Positions 1 to 12,790 of a stretch of DNA of 64,000 bases are shown in pieces. Under the pieces are notes generated by a model. That model did not search any database. It was not told where the DNA came from and saw nothing but the letters and a program-made list of their open reading frames with translations. This stretch comes from Vicugna vicugna (Eukaryota). The DNA lies in the NCBI GenBank assembly GCA_013265495.1, contig MU061579.1, positions 6,610,124 through 6,674,123 of the forward strand. The letters are read 5' to 3'. The translations under genes were made by a program, and so were the position numbers. Positions within the stretch are counted from its first letter, which is position 1; each line of letters begins with the position of its first letter.

Positions 1-120
1 TAATATATAAGGTGTGAAATACTAAAGATGTGGTCTATAGGTTTAGACATATAGAAACATTAATAAACAGAGGAGAGAAATAAATTCTGTTTGATTTGTG
101 TGAAAATCTTGACTGGTATA

Positions 121-250
121 TATTATACCCATTTTATAGATAAAACTGAGGGCAGATAGATTAATTTATACTCAAAGCTAAAGAGCTAGTAAGTCAGGCT
201 TTTACATACATCCATTGGCTCCAAAGTCCATGCTATCTCAACTGCACTAT
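121..250 (-). mobile_element. MIR SINE fragment
   Basis: attatacccattttatagataaaactgagggc...ggctccaaagtccatgct resembles the reverse complement of the MIR core. Confidence 0.6.
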
Positions 251-1054
251 AATCCCTCCATTTTGGCTGGCTAAAATTTGGCTCATAAGAAATAGAGAAA
301 CAGTGTAAAGATGGAGCATTTATAAGAAAATTTCAATAATCCTCTTTTTTGTCCATAATGACAATACACAGGAGGTATATGATAATTTTGAGGGCTTTCC
401 TCTCATTTGTCTAAAAATCCCCAAAATGCTTCAAACAGAAAATTATGTAATTTTCAAGCTCTACATTTGTTTGATGTAAGTCCCAATGACTCTACAGCCA
501 GCTAAATACTGAACACTGGAATTTGACACAACACTGTAAAATGATTATGAATCAATAAAAAATGTTAAAAAAAAAAAAGAACTGAATCAAGGAAGGTATT
601 ATGAAAAGGCATCGAAACAAATGGTTGAAGAGAAAAGCTCAGGATACCATGTAACACATATTATTCATTAAAATTGTACTTCTACTTGAGATATTGAAAT
701 GATAGACCATCACTGCTGAACTTGGCTGTATCAAAAACTTACTGATTCCTAATTTGAAATAGGAGCATAATCTGTTTTTTAAGAAAACTTGTTTTAATGA
801 GAGATACTGGGGGAGGGGGGCACAGAGTTAATTACTTTCCTCTTTCTCCAGGTATTAAAGCAATTAAAGTTGACATTAGAAAAAGATAAGCTTCAGACTA
901 CCAGCCATATTGCCAGTGAAACTGAATTACATAGCAGATTCAGCCTGAAGTGAAAAATGGCCTCTCTACTCCAACCACTTTACTTGAAATTACTCATCCA
1001 GTTTTGAGCAGTTGCTGGACATGGGCATGCCCCCAACATCCTTCACCCCCTCAA

Positions 1055-1100
<46 letters not shown>
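1055..1100. repeat. (CA)n microsatellite with one interruption
   Basis: Directly visible AC run. Confidence 0.95.
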
Positions 1101-2420
1101 GGGAAGTCTATCCATGGGGCTAACAAGGAAGAACGAATCAGAAGGGCCCTATGCCACCCGCTAACAATGACACTTCCCACTTCTCATTGATAATATCAGA
1201 CAGAGCTTCTTCCCCTAGGAGACACACATTAAGGAGGGAGAAAGATGGTTGGAAAAATTCTTGTCACTGGTCCTAGGTGAAGAGTAGTGACTATTTTATG
1301 TCACATAAAGAGATAATTCAGTAATTTTCCTATCTATTTATCCATCCATCCATCCATCTATGAATCTATGTATCTATGAATCTCTCTCTTTCTGTTTCTA
1401 TCATACAAACTCTATGCCTAAAATAATGAATGGATGTTTTTATATATCAAATCTACTCTTCAGATGTAAAATAATTATGACCAAATACTATAAATACTAA
1501 CTAGAAATGTGTGTGTGGAGAGAAATATAATAAGTGAACATTTAGGCCTGGATTTTAGGGACTTCAAGCCTCCATTTACTGAGTATGAAATTTATGCTGT
1601 AGTCATTCAGAGCAGGTGTAAATTATTTCAGGTACTATGTCTTTCAAATGTTTAGTAATTTGAAGATTTCATTTAGAAGTGAAAATAGTCTACCCTGGGA
1701 AGAAGGAAGCACATGACAAAGTAATTATTATGTAATTAACCCCTCTAGGGTCCCCAATTCATTTCAAAGGAATATTTTTAATATCACACTAAAGAATAAG
1801 CACAGCTTCACAAATTTAAAAATATGTGAAGTACCAATTAGATGGGATAGATGCTCTGCCACTGAGCAGTACATTTGTTTGTGGAACAGGTAAGATGCTC
1901 TCAGCATTCGAAGCTTCATTTTAAAGACCAAGGCTGAGAGTCTCCTTAACTCATAAATAACACCTCACAATTATCCTTAAACTGGGCATGTATGAATGAA
2001 GGAGAAAATGCTTAAAGAGGAATGCTTAGACTTATCTTGTTGCTATTGCTGCTTAGGATATATTAAATTCTCCTTCTGTGGTGATTCTCTTTTTCTTTCC
2101 CTCTCAACACTTCCTCCAGTTAGTAACTTAAGGGCCAAGTTTGTTTGTTGAATCATATAACATTAAAGATCTTTTTTTTCAGACACCCAGAAATCTTCTA
2201 TAAGATTGCAGGGGAAAATCCTTGTTTTTCTTGCTCCTCAGTGAATAAAACAGCAGAAAGATTAGAGTCATTTATTATTTCACTGAAAATGTTCATTAAA
2301 CACTCCTCTATGTGACAATACAGCTGGATTCCAGGCTCTTTCTGAGAAGTATGGTCAGGAATTCACCACCCCATAGCATCACAATCTGGGCAGAGAAAAC
2401 TAGTATTTTGTGCAGACCTG

Positions 2421-2541
2421 AATAAATCCTGGAGATCTTCTGTACAACATTGTGCCTACAGTTTAAAATACCATATCACACACTTAAAAATTGGTCAAGA
2501 GTTCTCATGTTAAGTGTTCTTATTGAGTAAAAAAATAAAAA
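2421..2541 (+). mobile_element. Old L1 (L1MA/L1MB-type) 3' end fragment
   Basis: ctggagatcttctgtacaacattgtgcctacagtt...cacttaaaaattggtcaagag...catgttaagtgttctt followed by an A-rich tail. Confidence 0.65.
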
Positions 2542-2569
2542 AGATATGCTGTTCGCCAGCTGCTCTAGG

Positions 2570-2757
2570 ATGGTGCTTCTCAGTCAAGGATGAGTTTCAT
2601 ATTTACTGGGAAACTTCTGGGAAAGTACAAATCACACACCCCTAGGCTCAATATCTGGGACTCCTCTGTATAAGTCTGAGGTTGGGGAAAAGTTATGTTT
2701 AATTTGGAAAAATCTACCCAGTGTGGCTATCATGCTTACCTCTGGTTGGGAACTATT
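2570..2757. mobile_element. Degenerate MER5-family (hAT-Charlie) DNA element
   Basis: gtgcttctca start, ggttgggaacta end and an internal gtctgaggttgggg motif. Confidence 0.4.
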
Positions 2758-3354
2758 TTCTCTAGAAGGCAGGAAATTTACTCCAGAGAGAAGCACATCA
2801 CACTATATTTATTGCAGCTGACTTTCTTCCACTTACTCCCTGACCACAGATTATGCCATTGGACTGCCTTTGTGTCAGGGTTTCACTTTGGGTAAATTCT
2901 TTGCTGTCCCTTGCTTCTTTGCTTAACATCAGGGTTCTGTCTTCTGTTCTCCACTTAGAGATACTTTTCAACATCATTTTGAGAGTACATGTTGCTCTTT
3001 CCTGCTGAGCATTCTAAAAGGAGTGCATTTTTTAACAAACAGATCTTTCGAAGAGTATTTTTCAAAGCTTTAGGATTGGCATGCTCTTAGCTGCCTCCAT
3101 CTGCTACTACTCCCTGGATAGAACGACCTCTGTCACTTCATAGTGAGCTCCATATACCCAGAGGGTATTTTCTCTTCACCCTTTTTCCTGTGATTACAAA
3201 ATAAAACCCATGACTCCTTCCTTAAGTGTTTGTCAAAGGAGTGCCATTTTGAGTCAAATCCTTCATTTTGCCAGACTTTCTCTAACAGCAGCATGGCTAG
3301 CCTCTCTGCCCTTATCAGTAAATGCCACTATTCCATGTAAAATCCAAAATATCT

Positions 3355-3580
3355 GGGGGGGGGGGGGGGGTATAGCTTAAGTGGTATGCCTAGCATGCAG
3401 GAGGCCCTGGGTTCAATCTCCAGCACTTCCATTAAAAAAAAAATTACATGTATCAAAATTCATCAAATTGTACATCTAAAATATGTGTAGTTTACTGTAC
3501 AGAAATTATACCACAGTAAAGTTGTTTAAAAATAATAATTAAATAAACTTAATTATCTTTAACCTCCCTCAAAAAAAAAA
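3355..3580 (+). mobile_element. Vic-1-like tRNA-derived SINE (camelid), interrupted by an L1-derived segment
   Basis: G-run + tatagcttaagtggt (A box), gggttcaatctccagcacttcc (B box), tail aaataaacttaattatc...cctccctc(A)10; imperfect flanking repeat aaaatccaaaatatct / aaaatactaacaatatatct. Confidence 0.85.
3445..3532 (+). mobile_element. Old L1M (L1MB/MC-type) 3'-terminal fragment nested in the SINE
   Basis: tacatgtatcaaaattcatcaaattgtacatctaaaatatgtgtagtttactgta...aaattataccacagtaaagttg resembles the L1M 3' terminus. Confidence 0.65.
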
Positions 3581-4524
3581 TACTAACAATATATCTCTGC
3601 CTGTTTTTTTAAAGCCAGTTAGCAGAGCAGCATCACCCAAATTCTGAACCACTGTCTGTGAATCTAAGGGACCTGGGGACTTGGGCATCCCTTAAGATTC
3701 TCTTCACATTTCCCTAAAGGGCAGAGACACCCATTGGAATTGGATTCCAGAAAAGTTCTGGGCATTATTAATCACTTTTCTTAAGTGAAGTCTCTAAGAA
3801 CATATGTATAAGATATATGCAAGTATAAATACCTGTCAATGTGCTTTCTCTTCTAACAATAAGAACTTTCTAAAGGGATTTTGTTTTAGGTACAAATCTC
3901 TATCTTACAATAATAAAAATATGTAGGTTAAACAAAATATTTTTTAAACTGGAAAAGTTATAAAGCATAGAAATTAGAAGGGAATAAAACATCAATGCTA
4001 AAAAAAAACCCTACTTTTAAAATCCCTTTTAAAAAATAAGGAAACAACATTTAAGAAAATGTACACTTGTGGTCTTAGTATATATATTACATTCACCATG
4101 CTGTCAAAGTTTTGCCTAGGTGGCCATCACAGCTCCGCTTCAAGCAATTCTCTAATTTCTGTGTTGTAGTTTCAATGTGAAACTCTTGAAAGAGAATGTA
4201 ATTAAGTGACTAATGCAGACCTCTGAGTGGGCTGTGTCCCAGACAGCAATTCAGAATGGGTAACTATTTCTTTATCCCAAGAGGGTGAGATAACAGCATG
4301 CTGAGATCACATCCGTTCCATGAGAGAAAGACCATCTTGGATTATTAAGTCTTCCTAGTATTATCTTTGAAATGCCAGAAAAAGAACTTGAATGAAAATT
4401 AGGGCAGTCTTTATTTCTGGTTCTCAAATCTTGGGTAAGTCCTGAACTTCTCTACAGTTGCTCTAATATAGTGTTTCTTATTTTTTCATTTTTATCCCTA
4501 TCCACCCAAAGAGCATTTAAAAAA

Positions 4525-4655
4525 TGTTTCCAGGCCCCATCTGCAATCAACTTAATCAGACTCTCCAGAACTGGAGAGTGGGCAAGGACATTCCCATTAG
4601 AATTACAGAAATTCCACAGGAGTTTCTGATTTGTACCCCTGGTTCAGAAGCACTA
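4525..4655. mobile_element. MER5-family fragment
   Basis: ccaggccccatc...aatcagactctcc...ttctgatttgtacccctggttcagaagcact. Confidence 0.45.
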
Positions 4656-4665
4656 AATTTTCAAA

Positions 4666-4851
4666 CAGTGGTACTCAAACTTTCCCATGTCTCAGATTCA
4701 CCCAGAAGCATGGATAGATAGGAAATTTCTGGGCACCATCTTGAATTTCTGATTCCATAGTCTGGAATGGGGCTCAAGAATTTGCATTCCTAGTAAGTTC
4801 CCAGGGGATGTTGATACTGCTCACCTCAGGACCACATATCAAAGAGCAGTG
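4666..4851. mobile_element. MER5A (hAT-Charlie) MITE
   Basis: cagtggtactcaaactt terminus; tctgattccatagtctggaatggggctcaagaatttgcattcctagtaagttcccaggggatgttgatactgct; about 186 bp. Confidence 0.8.
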
Positions 4852-4891
4852 TTCCGGTACTATAAAATTCAAGTTTTTAAGACCTTATAAC

Positions 4892-5056
4892 TCATCTTAA
4901 AAAGTGTGGTCCCCTGGCAGTCTGTTAGAAAGATACTTTTTGGGAGATTGTTGAAACGCAGAGTCATAGACCTGCCTCAGACCTACTAAATTAGCATCTA
5001 CCTTTTTACCAAGATCCCCAAGTGATTCATATGCACACTGAAACTGAAGAACTGGT
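4892..5056. mobile_element. MER5A1-like MITE
   Basis: aaagtgtggtccc...cagacctactaaattagcatct...caagatccccaagtgattcatatgcaca. Confidence 0.75.
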
Positions 5057-5919
5057 CTAAGCTTTCTTGAAATTTCTATGATTTGAATTTTGATAATCAG
5101 CTATTAAGCCTGCTCAGTAACAGCATATATTTTATCAATATAGCACAAAATCCATAATTAGCTTTTGTATTTTAAAGTCCTTAATATCAAAATTAACTTC
5201 TATTAAAATATTATAAAATCTTTCGATCTTTTTATTTTTCTTTTCCTTACCGTTACTTCCTGACCTGATATTTGAACATAATTTAATTGTATCTTGAGGT
5301 TCTTAAAAACTGTTTCTTTCACAACTTGGCTTTTGGCACACACAAAGTTCTGCTTAAATGACTCATTCATTCACGTCGTTCCTGCTGTGCCTTAGAGTGC
5401 ATTTATATTTTATGTTGGCGCTTTTATCCTTTCTCTGTCTACTTCCTGCTGGGGTGTTTAGGGAGATTAGTTCATAAAATTAGTATCTGTAAGATATTAC
5501 CAAGAAACCCTCCCATAGCAAATATTTCATAACATTTAAGCAACAAAGAATTCTCTTTCTTCTGCCTTCTACCTCCTACCATAAGTAAGAACATGATTTT
5601 CTAAATTCCTCTAAAAATAGGTGTGTCTAGTATTGTGTAAAATCTTATATTTCTTGTTTTATCTGACTAGTTATCACTCTTAGCTGAGTTCCTAGAGTAC
5701 TTACTGTAATTTTGGCATTGAATATCCGTGGAATTGAACTATCGCAAAATAGATGTAATATATAGTAGTTCAACAGATCCACAGCCAAAGCTCCTGTCCT
5801 TTCTCCTGCAGTCTCACTTTCATGCTTCATTTTAAAATGTCTCCTGCAGAGCTGCACCAGGATGAGTGAAGAATTTGAGGATTCCTCACTTACTTCCTCC
5901 TCATCCCACCCTGATCTCC

Positions 5920-6480
5920 TGTGTTAGTTATTTGATGCTGTGTCATGAATTACCCTAAGTCTCAATGGTTTAAAACAACCAGTTCTTAATGCAGCTTCTG
6001 TGGATCAAGAATCCAGGTGCAGCTTAGCTGGGCCCTCCATCTTAAGGTCCTTATCGAGCTGGAATCAAGATGTCCACCAGGAGCTGTGATTATCTCATAG
6101 CTTGGCTAGGAGACATGGGCTCCCAGGCTCACTCATGTGGTTGTTGATTCATTTCCTCACAGGTTGATGGGGTTGATGAACTGAGGGCTTCAGTTCCTTA
6201 CTGACTGTCAGGAGGAGGCCTCCCTCAGTTCTTTGCTTCTGCATACAGAAGTTTATAACATGGTAGCTTGCTTCATCAAAGCAAGCAAGCAAGCAGAACC
6301 AGAGAGAAAGAGAGAGAGCAAATAAGAAAGAAATCATAGTCTTGTGTAAGATAATATTGACAGTGACAGCTTATCACTTTTGTCATGTTCTATTTATTAG
6401 AAGCATGACAGGAGGTCCAGCACCCACACAGGGGGAGGACTGCATAAAAATGTGATTAACAGGGATCACTGGGATCATTC
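5920..6480 (-). mobile_element. MaLR solo LTR (MLT1E/F-like)
   Basis: tgttagttatttgatgctgtgtcatgaattaccctaag start (reverse complement of the MLT1 3' end); gcttagctggg, gctcactcatgtggttgtt and catggtagcttgcttcatcaaagc motifs. Confidence 0.8.
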
Positions 6481-6853
6481 ATTCATCTCACAATTCTCAC
6501 CAACTCTCTCTTACACTCCTTAGAAAGCCATCCCTTGTTCTTTTTCTTCTTATACTTCACAGCCTCCTCCTCTCCTGCCTCCCTCCCCTCTTCCTCCACT
6601 TCCCCCTTCTTCTTCCTCTCCTGAACCAACATATATCATCATGCTTTGCAAAATGGGGACACTAAGCCTATTGGTAAATGGATCAGAATTTCATTATTGT
6701 ATTATTTATTTGAAAGATGTTTAAGTTCTCTAATATGTTCAAAGAAATAGAAAAGCAGCCCCTTTCACCTGGGAGCTGGTCTGGCATTACCAGAGAGGCC
6801 TTGGTGTTGCTATGAGATGACCCAGGACTCAGAAGTAGCACGCGGTGTTCTGG

Positions 6854-7303
6854 TGAACGTAAAAATTTCACAGACCATCATCAGACAAGGCCATCCAATG
6901 CCTCTAATGGAGCAAGACTAAAAATACCATTGTTCAAACTACAAATATGACCAGCTGTCCCCCTATTCTGGCTGTTTATGAGTAACTGCTGCTTCTTTAC
7001 CAATGACAGCTTTAGTCTTGCTTCATTTCCTCACTTTCTAAATAAGAATGATTATAATAGCCAACTGCAGAATTACTTCAGTTCCCCAACAGTATCTAAT
7101 CCAGCAGCTAATCCCCACTTCCTTAACCCCCCCCCTCAAAATCACCTAAAGCCCAAGCCCAAGTCCTATAAGTCCTTTCTAACATATTCGTATTGAGACA
7201 TTCATAGTTTTCCTTGGTGTGCCTTCACTCTCATGTCAGCAATCAGTAAATTAGCTTTCTTTGAGTATAGGTGATCCTGGTAGTCTTGGCTATGGGGCAT
7301 TGG
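6854..7303 (+). mobile_element. ERV1 solo LTR (MER67-like)
   Basis: cacagaccatcatcagacaaggcca...actgctgcttctttaccaatgacagctttag...ccccacttccttaa...aatcacctaa...aagtcctttctaaca...ggggcattg. Confidence 0.7.
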
Positions 7304-10049
7304 TTGTTCTAACCATTCATCTTAAAAGTGATATAAATTAATCATTATGTACCATTTGAGGAGGGTTTGTTTGCTATTATGTAACAGCCTTTGTTTCATT
7401 ACTTTTTTCAAAACTTGATATATGAAAACAAAATATAGATGGCAGAGTTCTATTTTATTTGCTATAAATTACACAATGAAATCTTTGATTATAGGTCGTA
7501 TGATTCTGAACAGCCATTAGGTCAATACTATATCCAGAAGGGAGTAGCCTCAGTCTTCTTTAGGATCTTACCCCTTCAACCCCACCTTCACCCAAATATA
7601 AATACATAATACTGAGCACAGGGTTGATTGCTTGGCAAGAACTGAAATACAAGACTTCTCTAGGAAGTCTACATAATGTTGTTCTTCCACTGAAAGTTTG
7701 GCCTATTTTCTCCAAAAGCACTCTGCCTATGTGATGGCTTCTGACTGTGTACTAAGTAGTTACTTTGGAGTCTAACTTCCCCAGGCTTTAAGTCCATCCC
7801 TGATAGAAAGTTCAGCACTAGTAGAAGTAAGTTACCTCCTTTGTATTTCCAAGATATTGTTGGATATAAAGCTTTCATTAAAAAACTAAATGCTATTCAA
7901 CTAAATTCCATGTCTATAATTATATTTCTTTGAGCTTTAGTTTAATCATACATAAAGGAATAAAAGTTGGAGTAACAAAATACTTAACTAGTGTGAGACA
8001 GCCAGTTTTTATTAATGTTGGATTACATATAAATTGACTTCACTATAGTTAGGCATATAGATAATTAAAAGAAAGCATAACAATGCCATTGATTAATGAC
8101 ACCTCTGATTTAGTAATTTTCAATTCCATTAAATTGTATTAGAACTTTAAAATAACATATTGTTGAGCAATCAGAATGTTAAAAAGGTGATTCTTGCCAT
8201 TTGTCCTTGTAACAGAAGGGAATTAGGTCCATGACACAATTATTTTAAGCTCATCAGTCATTGTAAGTGTTCTTTTTATTAAATTTATCTATCCTTTTAA
8301 ATGTTAAATTTTTAAATTTGTAATGAAAATATAAGCTTATATCTAGTAAATACCCCTTGTACTTTCTTTTCTTTTTTGAGTAAGAGGTAGATGGTCAAGA
8401 AGTAATAGAAACCATATAGAAAGAAGGTAGGAAGGAAGGAAAAAGACATGTTCAGAATACAACAACAAACACCACTTCTGTAGAGAGGCAACAGCAGTGT
8501 TCTGTAGAGAAATCTAATTTTTTTGGCAGGGTGGGGGTGTGAGTTGCTTGCTTGTCTTTTGTTTTATTTCCTATTTTTGCTTTTTAAAACCCAGACATGA
8601 TCTATTTATTTTCCTTGGACCATATTATTAGAGGATCAAAGCACCATGTAAAACAATTAACCAAAAAGAGTGATTAGAAATATAGGCCATATCATTCTAG
8701 GGCACATGGTAGCTGGTGGAGGAAAAAGTAAACTAAATTTGTCCATTGAACATTAAGAAGAATGCTTTCCAAACTATTCCAGTCAAAAGTAAGTATGTTT
8801 CTACAGCCTAGGATTTGAAAACAGAAGATCAAGATCTCTAAGACATAAATCTGATTAGACGTTGACAAATGATGCCAATGATGAAAAAAAAAGGTGGATA
8901 TGATATCTTAAAAATCATCACTAAGACAGCTCTAGCAGGCCCAAATTTAGTAGGAGTAAGTAGAAAAAGTAGATAAAGAAAAAGGCACATAATGTAGGAT
9001 GAATATAGGAGAGGCGCAGATGTCTCAGAATAGTTTCTAGAAATAGAAATCCTAGAATAACCCAGGGCTTGTGAAAAAAGGTAAAAGCAAAAAAAAAAAA
9101 AAAAAGGTATTTTTTTCCTTACGTTTGGAGAAATAAAAAAGGAAGGGATATAGCCATTGCTTAGCACAGATTATGTAACACGAGGGGTAACACAATGAGA
9201 AGGTTCTCAAATTTTGTTTTTATCGTCTTTATTTATACTTAAATAGATGATTTTCAGGACGAAAAGTTTAGAATGAACTTTGGAATAAGAGAAAAGGTTC
9301 TGAAAATAAGTAGGTGGTAGAAGGAACTTCTGCTATTCCTATGCTAGCGATAAATCCTAAAAAGCTTTTGGAAATGTATTTTATCACTTCATCTTTATCA
9401 CTTATATTTTAAATATTTTTCTTAATAATTTAATGCTTAGTTTTTTATTACCCAAGGCAAAAATTTCTGTTTTATAGGTACATTTCAATGCTTATTTGCA
9501 CATATTTTTCTCTACTGTTGGTAATTTATCAATTTAAGGCTATTGCTTGACTTATGACTTCAGTTTTTTTCATATATCTGATATACCATTTGCTATTCCA
9601 TCTTTTATTGTAAATGGTAATTACCTAGTCAATCAACTGTAGGCTTCTGATCTATAGATCAGTTTTATGAGCCAGTACAATCCACATACACCCTCTCTTA
9701 AATAAATACAGTAGAAATGAAACGTCCTGTTTGGGTTTCAATATATAATGATCTTCAGTAGACTGAATTCAATTTATTTTGTTATATTTTTGGGTCCTAT
9801 GTATAAACTGAAATTGGGATATTATGCATCAAAATATGTTTCATCCACTCCATTCCATGCAACAGGGATAAACTGTGACCCAGAGGCCCTGACACCGCAT
9901 TATTTTTTGAGACTGTCTTGATTAGTAGTGAAGAAAGCAAAGAAATTAAGTTAAGGCTACAAGAAGCAGAGGATGTTTAATTGGCCACCATGCTGACAGG
10001 CTGGGTAGGAAAGTTGGGTAGCCTGAAACAGAGAATGACGAAAACCTAT

Positions 10050-10310
10050 GATCAGGGTCATGAGACAACTGAGGATTGTTTGCAGAGAATTCACTGCTGA
10101 AAAAGAGTAAGGCAGAAGCCTGCTACTAGGACGTATATTGCCAGGAAGGGAAGGAAAATTCAACCGAGGATGTGAGGAGGGAGCGGAGGAGAAGGAGCCT
10201 AATGAAGCCTGTGACAGAACCTCCAGGGAAGCACATACGGCAAACCCAGCTCTGGCTATTTCTAAAAGAAGGAGTCATGTAATACCTGGTGACGCAGACA
10301 TGACACGTGG
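10050..10310 (-). mobile_element. Degenerate L2 fragment
   Basis: Purine-rich segment collinear with the antisense L2 ORF2 3' region. Confidence 0.35.
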
Positions 10311-10884
10311 ATGTCTAATCTTCTGTATATGAGGATAAGGGAAATTCTGGAAGGGCATTATTAAAGCCACCTTGGGTTTACTAGACCTTGTCCTGCTCAG
10401 GGTGGCCTCTTTGAGGCCAGGGGCTGGGTCTTCATCGCTGCATGACACAGTGTCTCACAGAAAATGGGTATCAGATATGTGTGGGGCTGAATCTTGTTTT
10501 TATTGACGTATAGATAATTTTCAGTATTATATTATTTGATGGGATTGAATCTTAAATATAGTTTGGTAAGGATAGAAAATTCTGTAAATACAAAAGTATC
10601 CAAAGAAGAAAAAGAAACTAACACTAATCTTTCTATGTAGCAGTAATTAGCTAAATTTTCAGTGCATTTCTTAGTCTTTTTCTATGCACTTATATAATTT
10701 TACATTTTTTTTATTGCTTCGGGAATTACAGAAAACTGTAAATACTTTTTCACTAAATGTATTAGAACATTTATTAGCCATTTAGTCTTTCTCTAAAGCA
10801 TAAACTTAATACAATGCTTGCATACTAGTTTATGAAATAATAGTAGTGTTATAAGTGGAAGGTGCAGTAGTAGAAGGGACAATA

Positions 10885-11240
10885 GTAATAATACAGAGGT
10901 TGGCCAAAATCCGAGCATATTACATACTTACGGTTGTCAGAGCAAACTTTTAAGTACCTTTTGTAGATTATTTTATTTAATCCTCAAAATGAGACTATAC
11001 TATGTGAATTATACAGTACTCATTTTACAGATAAGAAACAGACTTTTAGAAGCCAAACAATTTGCAAGCTTATATGTATGTAAACCACGTGTATGTAAAC
11101 CACATGATGGCAGAGAGAGAATAAGAGAGAGGGAGTAAAAGAGGAGAGCAGGAAGATTAATTGATTTAGTACAAAGACGAATTTGATCAAAAAACAGTAT
11201 TAGGTCAGTTATGTACACTTTATCATACTCTGAGTCCTCA
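10885..11240 (-). mobile_element. MIR SINE (interrupted)
   Basis: ttatttaatcctcaaaa...ctcattttacagataagaaacagact. Confidence 0.55.
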
Positions 11241-12134
11241 TCCTTATAGTAAAATTTTTTTCATTTTTAGGAATAAAAACTCCCTCTAAACTTTTTAAGC
11301 TTTACATGTTTTAACATACCATTTAAGGCAGACAATTTTATCATTAAAGATACAATGCATGGAAAACTAAGAGAATAACTAGAAGTCAAGTAGATAGCTT
11401 ACTTTTTAACTTCCTGAACATAAAAATGGCAAAGGAGAAAAATCATGGGACATATTAAGTCTTAGAGGGGCATCTTCCAATAACTAGAATAGAGTTGCCC
11501 TATAAAAGAGAGTAGGAACTGAGAACTATTTGTAAGGCATTTACAATATACAGTTTATAGTAAAAAAATGGTTTTATTTCAAAAGGTATAAAATTAAGGC
11601 AATAAGAGGTTAACACTGTGATTCATCTCTACATTTGTTTTTTTTTTTTTTGGTCTCTTTTTAAAACAAATTATCAGTTATTTTGGATACTTTTTTTTAG
11701 CTCTTCTTATTTATTGCCTATATGAAAGTTAAATTAAAATGTACCTTAAATTTTATTCACTTTCAATCTAGAGAACATTTCTGTTCCTCTGTAGAATATA
11801 TTGGTTGTGTCTGTCCAGAACACTTCAAATGAAAATGTAACATAACATTTTTGTTATATATTTCATTATAAATAATGACACAAGTTTTCCTGACCTCTTC
11901 CAATGCTGTCAAAATGTTAGACTTATGATGTAACTACACTCTAAACTGACCTTTTCCTTAGTTTAAAAAAGCATCCTTAGTTTAAAAAAGACATCAGTTT
12001 ATTCCTTTATTTCCTCTTGCATAAATTTTAAAGAAATAAAATTATGTAATTTGGAAATCGTTTTCTAGGGAAATAGCTTTCATAAAATTGAGTTTTTAAA
12101 TCTCATAACATAAATGTAAAACCAGAAAATATTC

Positions 12135-12790
12135 AAGTTCAACAAATTGAGCAAATATTTGTCCAGCACCTACTGTGTGCCAGATACTCTTCCAGGCTTG
12201 GAGCTACTTCAGTAGGTTTTGGAAGGAGGATCTATAGGAATTTCTGTTGGATTAAATGTGGTGAGAGAAAGAAACAGAAATCAAGGCTGGCTCCTCAACT
12301 TCACTTGAATAGGTAAGTGAATGTTCCTGCTTGTTTGTAAGATGGGGAAATCTCAGAGAAAAGATTTGTGGAGAAAATCATTAATTATCACTTAGATGCA
12401 TTATTTCTGAATGCCTGTTACATCCAAACAGGCATACCTACTATGTGATTGTGTCTTATCCTCATAAATTTATGGAAAAGGTCAAAGCTGGAGAAATTAA
12501 TTTGAGAGTGCTTAATATTAGATTGTATTTGAAGTCATGGTGCTGGATAGGATTGTCTAAGGTGATAGTATAGAGAACAAACAGGAGAAAACCATCATTC
12601 AGCCCTAGATCACGCCAACATTTAGAGACCAAAGGAGGCGATGCAACAAATGAACATGAGATGGACTGGCCAAGGAGACGGGAAGAAAACCAGCAGAATG
12701 TCATTTCATGGGGAAGAGAAGAAAGAACATAAGAAGGACTAGTTGGTTGACTCTATTGAATACTACTCAGGTTAAGAAATGCAAGTCTAT
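12135..12790 (-). mobile_element. L2 LINE fragments
   Basis: caaatatttgtccagcacctactgtgtgccagatact (reverse complement of L2 3' end); tatttgaagtcatgg...ccaacatttagag...gaaaaccagcagaatgtcatttcatgg. Confidence 0.7.

Noticed and set aside
3355..3433. tRNA gene (also 37810-37887 on the minus strand)
   Set aside because: The tRNA-like head is followed by the SINE-specific tail and flanking duplications, so these are SINEs, not functional tRNAs.
7811..7831. REST/RE1 site (ttcagcact...)
   Set aside because: Only the left half resembles the motif; the GGACAG right half is absent.
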